Origin: an uncultured Acidobacteriota bacterium
GTDB lineage: Bacteria > Acidobacteriota > Thermoanaerobaculia > Thermoanaerobaculales > Sulfomarinibacteraceae
Assembly (NCBI GenBank): GCA_963714745.1
Contig: CAVQPK010000002.1
Span: 2,239,531-2,303,530 of the forward strand
Direction: 5' to 3'
DNA length: 64,000 bases
Shown here: piece after piece, positions 14,860 through 22,880 of the stretch
Layout of the letters: each line of letters begins with the position of its first letter
Numbering within the stretch: the stretch's first letter is position 1
Position numbers and translations under genes: made by a program
Notes under the pieces: generated by a model
What the model was told of the DNA's origin: nothing
The model's database searches: none
Seen by the model: the letters and a program-made list of their open reading frames with translations, nothing else

Positions 14860-16902
14860 ATGGACGCCGTGGTGGTGAGCTGGCTGGTCGACGCGTCGTT
14901 GAGGGCGGCGCTGGTTGTGGCCGTGGCCGGTGCGGTCGGGGCGCTCATGCGCAGGGCGCCGGCGCGGCTCCGAGGGGCGGTCTGGGCGGCCGCGCTGATC
15001 GGGGCGACGCTGGTTCCGGTCGCCTCGGCCCTGCTCCCTCCGCTCGCAGTACCGCTGCCCGCGCTCCGCCTCAGGGTGGAGCCGGTCGCCTCGTCCGCTG
15101 CCGCAGCGACGACGCCGGTCGCCCCCGCTGTCGGCCGCCAGACCGGGCCGACGTCGACCAGAGCGAACCCGCCGTCGCCGGTCACACGACCGGCTGCGCG
15201 ACGCCCGTGGTGGTCCGGCGCGGTGCTCCTGCTGTGGGCCGGAATCGGGCTCGGTGTGCTCGGCGCGCAGCTGGTCGCCGCGCTCCGGCTGCGACGGATC
15301 GTACGGCGGGCCGCACCGGTCGAAGACGGCAGGTGGCGCGGACTCCTGGAGGCAGAGGCGAGGAGGGTCGGGCTGGTCCGCGTCCCTCGTCTCGTGGTGA
15401 CCTCAGAGCTGGCGACGCCGGCCACCGCGGGTCTGCTCCGCCCGGTGGTGCTGATCCCCGACTCGGCCCGCTGGTGGGTGCAGGAACGCCGCGCGGTGGT
15501 TCTCAGGCACGAGCTGGTCCACGTCGCGCGCTTCGACTGGGCGGTGCGCGCGTTCACCCGGGCGGCGTGCGCCGTCTACTGGTTCAACCCCCTGGTGTGG
15601 TGGGCCTGGCGTCGACTGGCGGTCGACCAGGAGCTCGCCTGCGACCAGGAGGTCCTCGCGCTCGGCGCCCGACCGAGCACCTATGCCGCTCACCTGCTGG
15701 CCGTGGCGCGCATCGCGCTCGCCCTGCCGGCACCATCCGGCGCCGCCCTCGGCATGGCGCGGCGCTCGCACCTGGAGGGACGCATCATGGCGATTCTCGA
15801 CCCTGCCCGTGTCCGTCGTGTCGGGCTCGACACGTTGCTGCCGGCAGTTCTTCTCACTCTGGCCTGTGCCGCCGGCCTGGCCGCGGTCCGCCCGGCCTCC
15901 GCGGATCCTCCGGCGAGCACGACGGTGCGGGCGAGCTCCGAGGTCCGCCAGATCGTGGAGCAGATCCGGGAGCTCGAGGGCCAGATCGAGCAGCGAGCGG
16001 AGCAGATGGAGGGTGTCGAAGAGGCGATGCGACCCCGTCTGGACGAGATCGAGGCCCATGCGGCGCGGGTCGGTGAGCTCCATGCGGCCGAGATCGAGGC
16101 CCGGCTCGAGCCCTTCCACGAGCGGGTGCGCGAGCTCGAGCTCGAGATGGAGCCGCTCCACGCGGCGATGGCCGAGCTGGCCGCCTCGATCGAGCCGGTT
16201 CACCTCGAGATCGACACCTCGACGGTCCGCGAGCAGCTCGCCCGGCTGGAGACCGAGCTCGAGGGGATGGGTACGACGGTCTCGCTGGACGAGCTGATGG
16301 ATCGCATCCACGGGTTGATGGAGCCGCTCCGGGCGAGCCTGGAGGCTGCGCACCTCGCCGCCGAGCCGCGGATCGCCGAGCTCGAGACGCTGCACGAACG
16401 GCTCGAGCCCTACCACGACCGGATCGAGGAGATCCACCGCGAGATGGAGCCGACGCTCGAGCAGATCGAGAGAATGCACCTCGAGATGGAGCCCCATCTG
16501 GCTCAGCTCGACGGCCTGCACGAGGCGCTCGAACCGTTCCACGAGCAGATGGAGGCGTTCCAGCGGGAGATCGAGCCGCTGACCGACGAGATCGACGCCC
16601 TCGCCGAGCGGTTGCGCCTCGAGCTCAGGGACGAGGTGAGCTCGGTTCTGAAGCGCGAGCTGGCGGCCGTGGTCGAACCCGGTGCGCCGTTCGCCGAGGC
16701 GGCCGAGCGGCTGCTCGAGCGGGCCAACCTCCACCTCGAGGATGACCTGATCGAGCTGCGCGTGTCGCGGCGGGAGGCCCGGCGGGTGCTGCGCGACCTG
16801 ATGACTCCGGTACGGCGGGGTGGGGTCTCCGACGCCGATCTCGACGCCGCGATCGACGCCGCTGCCGCCTCGATCCGGTCCTTCGAGCTGGTGCTCGACT
16901 GA
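14860..16902 (+). CDS. BlaR1/MecR1-like M56 peptidase membrane protein with a C-terminal His/Glu-rich 14-residue repeat domain
   Basis: ATG 14860 is 1 nt after the blaI-like stop (Met145 of ORF 14428..16902). It has TM helices and the HExxH motif 'VLRHELVHVARFDW'. The C-terminal region is about ten 'EPxH...' repeats. Confidence 0.85.
   Translation: MDAVVVSWLVDASLRAALVVAVAGAVGALMRRAPARLRGAVWAAALIGATLVPVASALLPPLAVPLPALRLRVEPVASSAAAATTPVAPAVGRQTGPTSTRANPPSPVTRPAARRPWWSGAVLLLWAGIGLGVLGAQLVAALRLRRIVRRAAPVEDGRWRGLLEAEARRVGLVRVPRLVVTSELATPATAGLLRPVVLIPDSARWWVQERRAVVLRHELVHVARFDWAVRAFTRAACAVYWFNPLVWWAWRRLAVDQELACDQEVLALGARPSTYAAHLLAVARIALALPAPSGAALGMARRSHLEGRIMAILDPARVRRVGLDTLLPAVLLTLACAAGLAAVRPASADPPASTTVRASSEVRQIVEQIRELEGQIEQRAEQMEGVEEAMRPRLDEIEAHAARVGELHAAEIEARLEPFHERVRELELEMEPLHAAMAELAASIEPVHLEIDTSTVREQLARLETELEGMGTTVSLDELMDRIHGLMEPLRASLEAAHLAAEPRIAELETLHERLEPYHDRIEEIHREMEPTLEQIERMHLEMEPHLAQLDGLHEALEPFHEQMEAFQREIEPLTDEIDALAERLRLELRDEVSSVLKRELAAVVEPGAPFAEAAERLLERANLHLEDDLIELRVSRREARRVLRDLMTPVRRGGVSDADLDAAIDAAAASIRSFELVLD
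16020..16640 (+). repeat. Intragenic 42-nt (14-codon) periodic repeat within the M56 protein
   Basis: Pro-to-Pro spacing is exactly 14 residues in successive units: 'EPLHAAMAELAASI', 'EPYHDRIEEIHREM', 'EPTLEQIERMHLEM', 'EPHLAQLDGLHEAL', 'EPFHEQMEAFQREI'. The DNA motif GAGATGGAGCC recurs. Confidence 0.8.
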
Positions 16903-16910
16903 GGGCCGGC

Positions 16911-17996
16911 TCAGCCGACCGGCATCTCGTCGCGACGGGTCGAAACCGCTCCGGACGCGGCGGCAGAGGATGAGCCGAGGCGGTCGACGACCGCCTCGGC
17001 CTCGGCGACGATCCGACGGATCACCTCGGCCACCGACGGCGTGTCGCCGATCAGACCCGTGCACTGACCGAGCGGCAGCACCCCGGAACGGGTGTCACCG
17101 GTGACGCATCCGTCACGGAAGGCGTCGAATCCGATCGCCATGCGCGCCATCTGCACCGAGCGGCCGGGGCCCGAGGTCAGGATCCCGAGCGCCAGCTTCA
17201 GCCACGGCAGGCCGAGCATGCCCGCGATGCGGTGCGACCGCAGCAGGGCCGAGATCGGGTTGAGGCGGCGGGACATGATCGCCCGCGAGCCCGGCGCATC
17301 GAGGTAGCGGCCGGGCAGCCCGTCGATCCGGTTGGTGTAGACGGTGTCGAACGAGCCGTGGTCCCGGCTTGCCTGCTTCGCCCCCTCGTGCACCGGGCTT
17401 TCGACCGTGTTCATGAACCGTGTGCCCATCGCCACCCCGTCGGCGCCGAGGGCGAGCGCCGCGGCGAGCCCGCGCCCGTCGGCGAAGCCGCCCGCGGCGA
17501 TCACCGGCAGCCCGACCGCGTCGACCAGGGCGGGCACCAGGACGAGCGAGGTGACCGAGCCGCCGTGGCCCGCCGCCTCGTGCCCGGTCACGATCAGCGC
17601 GTCGGCGCCGTCCCGCTGGGCTGCGAGCGCGTGCTTGAGGGTGGTGACGGTGGCGATCACTCTGCCGCCGTAGGCGTGGGCGGCCTCGGTAATCCAGTCC
17701 CCCTTGCCGAGCGAGTAGTTGATGACCGGGACCTGCTCCTCGAGCAGCACCTCGGCGTTCGCTTTGTTGCCGGGGAAGTAGAGGGTGACGTTGGCGGCGA
17801 ACGGGCGATCGGTCAGCTCGCGGGTCCGTCGGACGGCGACCCGGGTGGCCGCCGCGTCGAGCACGCCGGTCGCCAGGATGCCGAGCCCGCCCGCGTTGGC
17901 GACCGCCGCCACCAGCTCGGGGGTCGAGATCCAGCTCATTCCCGACAGCACCAGGGGGTGCTCGACTGAGAAGCTCTCGGTCAACCGGGTCCGCAT
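16911..17996 (-). CDS. Nitronate monooxygenase / NMO (FabK-like) family flavoprotein
   Basis: Met91 of ORF 16911..18266, with GAGGAGGG upstream. Motifs: 'GMSWISTPELVAAVANAGGLGIL', 'GHEAAGH', 'IAAGGFADGRGLAAALALGADGVAMGTRF'. Confidence 0.85.
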   Translation of the reverse strand: MRTRLTESFSVEHPLVLSGMSWISTPELVAAVANAGGLGILATGVLDAAATRVAVRRTRELTDRPFAANVTLYFPGNKANAEVLLEEQVPVINYSLGKGDWITEAAHAYGGRVIATVTTLKHALAAQRDGADALIVTGHEAAGHGGSVTSLVLVPALVDAVGLPVIAAGGFADGRGLAAALALGADGVAMGTRFMNTVESPVHEGAKQASRDHGSFDTVYTNRIDGLPGRYLDAPGSRAIMSRRLNPISALLRSHRIAGMLGLPWLKLALGILTSGPGRSVQMARMAIGFDAFRDGCVTGDTRSGVLPLGQCTGLIGDTPSVAEVIRRIVAEAEAVVDRLGSSSAAASGAVSTRRDEMPVG

Positions 17997-18105
17997 GGTG
18001 CTCCACCCTCCTCTCGGGTCCGAGCGGCAGCTCGCCGCCCGGACTTGAGAGTAGCACTCTGGAGAAAGCACATCCATCGAGTGGTGCGGAGCAGTGAGGT
18101 GAAGG

Positions 18106-18651
18106 TCAGGAGGACGGGCGCACGGCCTCCACGAGCTCGTCCGGGTCGTCGGCCAGCGCCTCGGCCAGCACGCGTTCCATGTCCCCGTCGAGGCGCACGA
18201 CCTCGAGCGAAGAGCCGTCGAGCTCGAGCACCAGCAGCCGGTCGAGCCGTCCGTCCGGCCTCGCATGCTGCATCACCCAGGTTGTCTGCGAGCCGTCGTT
18301 GATCTCGACCACCGACGCCCAGCCGGCGGCGGAGAGACTGGTCGCGAGCTGGTTGAAGGCCCCGAGGGTGCTCTCCCCCCGGCGGAGGACCCGGTAGGTC
18401 GCGACCTCGACACGGCGAACTCCGGCGAGGATCCGAGCGGCCTCCTCCTCGTCCGTCATGCGCACCACCGCCCGCGCAAGGGCGAGGGTCACCCGGCCGA
18501 GCACGAGGTGCTCCTCGCGCTCCAGCCGCCACCCGGGCGTGCCCGGGTCGACGAGGGAGACCACGTCGCCGGCCCGCGACGCCGAGGAGGCGCAGGCCGC
18601 AGCCACGACCACCGTGGCGGCGACGGCGGCCCGACCGAGGCGGGCCCTCAC
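18106..18651 (-). CDS. DUF4252-like lipoprotein (second copy)
   Basis: GTG 18651 overlaps the upstream stop (GTGA). Lipobox-like 'VVVAAACASS'. It is a paralog-like partner of the upstream gene. The family assignment is from memory. Confidence 0.65.
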   Translation of the reverse strand: MRARLGRAAVAATVVVAAACASSASRAGDVVSLVDPGTPGWRLEREEHLVLGRVTLALARAVVRMTDEEEAARILAGVRRVEVATYRVLRRGESTLGAFNQLATSLSAAGWASVVEINDGSQTTWVMQHARPDGRLDRLLVLELDGSSLEVVRLDGDMERVLAEALADDPDELVEAVRPSS

Positions 18652-19229
18652 CGGCTGCCCCCGGTCGGCAGCTGGTCGAGGTCGAGGTCCTCGAGCGCCG
18701 GGAGCTCGTCGAGGTCGGCGAGCAGACGGCCGAGCTCTCGCGGGTCGATCGCACCGACCAGGTTCACCAGCGCCAGCTCGTCGTCGAGGGCGAGCACGGT
18801 GATGCCGTCGATCCGCTGGTCGTCGCCCCTGACGTAGACGCTGACCAGCTCGTCTCCGTTGCGCACCAGGACCATGCGTTGCCAACCCTCGCCCTCGAGC
18901 CGGGTCGCCGCCTCCTCGAGGCGTCGCCTCGTGTCGGCCAGACCGGCGTTCCCTTCGATCGCTCCGACCTGGACGCGGATCCGCTCGAGGCGAGAGACCA
19001 GCGCGGCAAAGGCCCGCTCGTCCGCGTCACCCTCGAGCACGCCGCTGACCATCCGCAGCATCGGGCCGGTCAGGTCCACGTCGACCTCGATCGCCGACGG
19101 AGAGAGCAGGCCCAGCGTCTCGATCGGAAAGTAGCCCGGATGCTGCGTGACCGGTTGCGCCGCGGTGGCGCCACCGGCCGCGATCGCGAGCGCCGTGAAC
19201 AGGATCGCAACAGCGCGTCGGTTCATCAT
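18648..19229 (-). CDS. DUF4252-like secreted protein (first copy)
   Basis: ATG 19229 overlaps the anti-sigma stop (ATGA), with GGGAGG upstream. Signal peptide 'MMNRRAVAILFTALAIAAGGATAAQP'. Confidence 0.65.
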   Translation of the reverse strand: MMNRRAVAILFTALAIAAGGATAAQPVTQHPGYFPIETLGLLSPSAIEVDVDLTGPMLRMVSGVLEGDADERAFAALVSRLERIRVQVGAIEGNAGLADTRRRLEEAATRLEGEGWQRMVLVRNGDELVSVYVRGDDQRIDGITVLALDDELALVNLVGAIDPRELGRLLADLDELPALEDLDLDQLPTGGSR

Positions 19230-19819
19230 CTGCCTCCCTGCAGCGCCGAGACCTCGGCGCCGGCGGTCGTGGAAGGGCGTGCCGGTGCGGTCGTGGTCGG
19301 TTCCATGACCGCGACGACAGGCCGAATCAGGTGGTCGACGAGAGCGCGGCGGCCCGCGTCGACGCCCCCACGGCGGGTCGCGCGGGCGAGCACGGCGAGC
19401 GCGTAGCGTGCCTCGCCCGATGCCTGGACGAGCGCCGCCGCGTCGGGAACACGGATGGCGGGAGAGCGGGCCTGATGCCACCACAGGGTGGCGCCGGCCG
19501 CGGCGACGACCAGGGCGGCTGCGGCAGCCAGACGCGCCGGCCAGGTGGTGAGGACGGCTCGCCGCGGGCGTCGCACCGGTCGGCGGGAAACCTCACGACG
19601 TACTGCCGCGAGCACCCGATCGGGCGCATCCCACTGGGGCAGGCTGCGGAGGCCGTCGCGCACGGCCAGGGCGCGCTCCCGCTCCCGCTCGCAGGCGGCG
19701 CAGACGGCGACGTGGGCCGTGACCGCCCGTGCGCTCTCGGGCGCGAGCTCGCCGTCGATGAAGGCCTCCAGTTGCTCGCGGATCGCGGTGCACGGGAGGA
19801 GGTCACACGGCGACGACAT
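19226..19819 (-). CDS. Anti-sigma factor (zf-HC2 type, single TM)
   Basis: Met11 of ORF 19226..19849. 'C...H...CAAC' in 'AVTAHVAVCAACERERE'. TM 'LAAAAALVVAAAGATLWW'. It overlaps the sigma gene end by 17 nt. Confidence 0.75.
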   Translation of the reverse strand: MSSPCDLLPCTAIREQLEAFIDGELAPESARAVTAHVAVCAACERERERALAVRDGLRSLPQWDAPDRVLAAVRREVSRRPVRRPRRAVLTTWPARLAAAAALVVAAAGATLWWHQARSPAIRVPDAAALVQASGEARYALAVLARATRRGGVDAGRRALVDHLIRPVVAVMEPTTTAPARPSTTAGAEVSALQGGR

Positions 19820-20336
19820 GGTGTGCCGCCTCCTTTCCGAGTCGATCACGGAGCCGGCGCCGCGCCCGGTGGAGCGCGACCCGGATCGTGCTCAGGGGCA
19901 GCTCGAGGACATCGCCGATCTCCCGGTAGGTGAGCCCCTGGACCTCGCGGAGAATCACGATGCTCCGCATCGGCTCGTCGAGAGCGTGGATGGCGGTCCG
20001 CAGCTGGCGGCCGAGCTCAGCCGAAGCGGCGCGCTGCTCGGGGTCGGCGTGTGGACTCGGAAGCTGGGAGACGACCCCCTCGAGGTCGTCCGGTTCGAGG
20101 CGCCGAAGGCCCGCCCGGCGCCGGCGGAGGAGGTCGTAGCATGCGTTTCGGGTGACCCTCAACAGCCACGGCCCGAGCTGCATCGACTGCAGCATCTCGG
20201 GGCGGCGCCAGAGCCGGATCAGCACCTCCTGGGTCACGTCCTCTGCCTCCTCGCGGCTCCCCAGCAGGTAGCAGGCCAGGGTGAAGACCCGCCGCTGGTG
20301 CCCTCGAATCGCGGTCTCGAAGAGCGTGAGCTGCAT
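19803..20336 (-). CDS. ECF (sigma-70 family group IV) RNA polymerase sigma factor
   Basis: Full listed ORF. Region 2 'AEDVTQEVLIRLWRR...WLLRVTRNACYDLLRRR'; region 4 'REVQGLTYREIGDVLELPLSTIRVALHRARRRLR'. Confidence 0.9.
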   Translation of the reverse strand: MQLTLFETAIRGHQRRVFTLACYLLGSREEAEDVTQEVLIRLWRRPEMLQSMQLGPWLLRVTRNACYDLLRRRRAGLRRLEPDDLEGVVSQLPSPHADPEQRAASAELGRQLRTAIHALDEPMRSIVILREVQGLTYREIGDVLELPLSTIRVALHRARRRLRDRLGKEAAHHVVAV

Positions 20337-20352
20337 CCACAGGAGAGAACGA

Positions 20353-20378
20353 GTCGAACGCCGCGGAAGTTACATTCC
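20353..20378 (-). promoter_or_regulatory. Candidate ECF-type autoregulated promoter (GGAAT-N17-CGAC)
   Basis: The minus strand reads 'tGGAATgtaacttccgcggcgttCGACtc', ending 17 nt before ATG 20336. It resembles the GGAAC-N16/17-CGT ECF consensus but does not match it exactly. Confidence 0.3.
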
Positions 20379-20482
20379 ACGATCCGAGCCGTCGCGGTCC
20401 GAAGATCGCGGCGGCGGATGCGGCCCAGCCTGCAGGCGCGCAGCACCGACCGCCGAGGTCAGCGGTCGATGGAGGAGAACGA

Positions 20483-20518
20483 CCGAAAAGCAACGGCCCC
20501 CTCCGTGTGGAGGGGGCC
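20483..20518 (-). terminator. Rho-independent terminator of the RRM protein gene
   Basis: On the minus strand: GGCCCCCTCC-ACAC-GGAGGGGGCC (perfect 10-bp stem) followed by GTTGCTTTTCGG, 25 nt after stop 20544. Confidence 0.75.
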
Positions 20519-20543
20519 GAGTGGAGCCGTGGCGAGAGCCCGG

Positions 20544-20858
20544 CTACCAGCGGTCGCGACCGCCGCCGCCGCCGCCGCGACGGCCACCGCCGCCGCCGCC
20601 GCCGCCGTCGCGCCGGTCCTGCGCCACGTCGACGCGGATGGTTCTCCCGTCGAGGGTGGCGCCGTTCATCGCCGAGATCGCCGAGTCGGCAGCCTCGTCC
20701 TCCTCGAAGGTGACGAAACCGAAGCCGCGCGACCGGCCGGTCTCCCGGTCGGTGATGACCTTGGCCTCGACGATCGCGCCGAACGGTGCGAACGCCTCAT
20801 GCAGGCCGGCGTCGTTGGTATTCCAGCTCAAGCTCCCGACAAACAGTTTCTTTCCCAT
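20544..20858 (-). CDS. RRM-type RNA-binding protein with Gly/Arg-rich C-terminal tail
   Basis: Met16 of ORF 20544..20903. RNP-2 'KLFVGSL', RNP-1 'RGFGFVTF', tail 'RRDGGGGGGGGRRGGGGGGRDRW'. Confidence 0.9.
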   Translation of the reverse strand: MGKKLFVGSLSWNTNDAGLHEAFAPFGAIVEAKVITDRETGRSRGFGFVTFEEDEAADSAISAMNGATLDGRTIRVDVAQDRRDGGGGGGGGRRGGGGGGRDRW

Positions 20859-21054
20859 CGCTCTCTCGATCCTCGGCACGGTCGTCTTGCTCGAACGCGC
20901 CAACGCTCGTCAAACGGCAGGCGGGTGTCCGCCCAATAACGATCCGCCCCGACGGCGGATCTTCGGCGGTGCGAGTGTACACCGTTTCTCGTCAACTTCA
21001 AGTGTCCGAGAGAACTGGCTCCTGCGGGTCCGGCCGGAGGGGGAGCCTGAGGGA

Positions 21055-22854
21055 ATGCCGGCGGCGGCCGGCGCCTTGACGCCGGGGGAGGCACGCCAGA
21101 TGGCCGACGAGGACAGCACGAAGGGTCGATTCCCGGTCCGGCGGCTGGTGGCCCTCGCGCGACCGGAGTGGCGTCGGCTCGCGCTCGGCTCGGTGTTCTT
21201 GATCGCGGGCAGCGCGGCCGGTCTGGCCTACCCGCAGGCGATCCGCGTGGTGATCGACGGGGCTCTCGCCCACGGGATCGAGTCGGTCGATCGCGCCGCC
21301 TTGGTGCTGGTGGCGATCTTCGCGGTCCAGAGCCTCGCGGTCGCCACCCGTTACGTGCTGTTTACGGTGGCCGGCGAACGGATCGTCACCCGACTTCGGG
21401 CCGAGCTCTACCGGCGACTGGTGGCCCAGGAGGTGGCGTTCTTCGACGCTCGCCGCACCGGGGAGCTGGTCAACCGGCTCGCGTCGGACACCACGGTGCT
21501 GCAGAACACGGTCAGCGTGAACCTCTCGATGGGTCTGCGCAACCTGCTGATGGTGGCCGGCGGGCTCGCGCTCCTGGTCGTCAGCTCGCCGCGGCTGACC
21601 GTGGTGATGCTGGCGATCGTGCCCGCGGTGGCGCTCGGAGCGGTCGTGGTCGGGCGCAGGATCGCGCGCCTGTCGCGCAGGGTTCAGGACGCGCTCGCGC
21701 GCGCCGGGGAGGTCGCGGAGGAGACCCTTTCCGGTATCCGCACAGTACGGGCGTTCGCCCGCGAGGCGGCCGAGGGAGAGCGCTACGCCGGCGCCGTGTG
21801 GCAGGCATTCGAGCTCGCTCGGCGCCGGGTCAGGGCGGTGGCGGTCTTCCTGGGGGCGGCATCGCTGGCCGGCTACGGCGCGGTAGCGCTGGTGCTGTGG
21901 TTCGGGGGTCGGTTGGTGGTGGCCGGCTCGATGACCGTGGGCGAGCTGACCTCGTTCATCCTCTACACCCTGATCGTGGCGTTTTCGCTCAGCGCGTTGG
22001 GCGACCTGTGGTCCGACTTCATGCGCGCCGGCGGCGCCTCGGCGAGGGTCTTCGAGCTGCTCGAGCGCGAGCCGCTGATCCCGGTCGAGGGCGGGCGCCG
22101 GCTCGACCGGGTCGAAGGCAGGCTCGACTTCGAGGCGGTCGGGTTCGCCTACCCCTCGCGTCCCGACGTCCCGGTGCTCGCGGCGCTCGACCTCACCCTC
22201 CGGCCGGGCGAGCTGGTCGCCCTGGTCGGTCCCTCCGGGGCCGGCAAGTCCACCGTCGCCAGCCTGGTGCTGCGGCTCTACGACCCGACCACCGGGGCGA
22301 TCCGTCTCGACGGGGTCGATCTCCGCGAGCTCGATCCGTCGTGGCTGCGTGAGCAGGTCGGCGTGGTCTCGCAGGAGCCGATCCTGTTCTCGACCTCGAT
22401 CGCCGAGAACATCCGCTACGGCCGCCCGGCCGCGACCGACGCCGAGCTCGAGGCGGCCGCCCGCGCGGCCCACGCCCACGACTTCGTGACCGCGCTGCCC
22501 GAGGGATACCAGACCGAGGTCGGCGAGCGCGGTGTGCGGCTCTCCGGCGGCCAGCGCCAGCGGGTGGCGATCGCCCGGGCGCTGCTCAAGGACCCGAAGA
22601 TCCTGCTCCTGGACGAGGCGACGTCAGCGCTCGACGCCGAGAGCGAGGCGCTGGTGCGGGACGCGCTCGCCCGGCTGCTCGCGGGCCGGACCGCCCTCGT
22701 GATCGCCCACCGCCTGTCGACGGTGCGCGACGCGACCCGGGTGGTGGTGCTCGACGCCGGGCGGGTGGCGGAGACCGGGAGCCACGAGGAGCTGATGTCG
22801 CGGGCCGGTCTCTACCGTCGGCTCGTCGACCGCCAGCTCCTCGCCGCGAGCTGA
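21055..22854 (+). CDS. ABC transporter, fused permease/ATPase (MsbA/exporter type)
   Basis: The real part of ORF 20281..22854. Six-TM N-terminal half, Walker A 'GPSGAGKST', signature 'LSGGQRQR', Walker B 'ILLLDEATSALD'. The start is ATG 21055 or ATG 21100; both have SD-like sequences. Confidence 0.9.
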   Translation: MPAAAGALTPGEARQMADEDSTKGRFPVRRLVALARPEWRRLALGSVFLIAGSAAGLAYPQAIRVVIDGALAHGIESVDRAALVLVAIFAVQSLAVATRYVLFTVAGERIVTRLRAELYRRLVAQEVAFFDARRTGELVNRLASDTTVLQNTVSVNLSMGLRNLLMVAGGLALLVVSSPRLTVVMLAIVPAVALGAVVVGRRIARLSRRVQDALARAGEVAEETLSGIRTVRAFAREAAEGERYAGAVWQAFELARRRVRAVAVFLGAASLAGYGAVALVLWFGGRLVVAGSMTVGELTSFILYTLIVAFSLSALGDLWSDFMRAGGASARVFELLEREPLIPVEGGRRLDRVEGRLDFEAVGFAYPSRPDVPVLAALDLTLRPGELVALVGPSGAGKSTVASLVLRLYDPTTGAIRLDGVDLRELDPSWLREQVGVVSQEPILFSTSIAENIRYGRPAATDAELEAAARAAHAHDFVTALPEGYQTEVGERGVRLSGGQRQRVAIARALLKDPKILLLDEATSALDAESEALVRDALARLLAGRTALVIAHRLSTVRDATRVVVLDAGRVAETGSHEELMSRAGLYRRLVDRQLLAAS

Positions 22855-22880
22855 CCGGGGGCGGGCGCCAGCCCGGTCAG
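22851..22880. terminator. Hairpin embedding both convergent stop codons (possible bidirectional terminator)
   Basis: CTGACCGGG (22851-22859) pairs with CCCGGTCAG (22872-22880) across a 12-nt loop. TGA of the ABC gene (22852-22854) and TCA, the TGA of the FAD gene (22877-22879), lie inside the stem arms. There is no U-tract. Confidence 0.35.
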
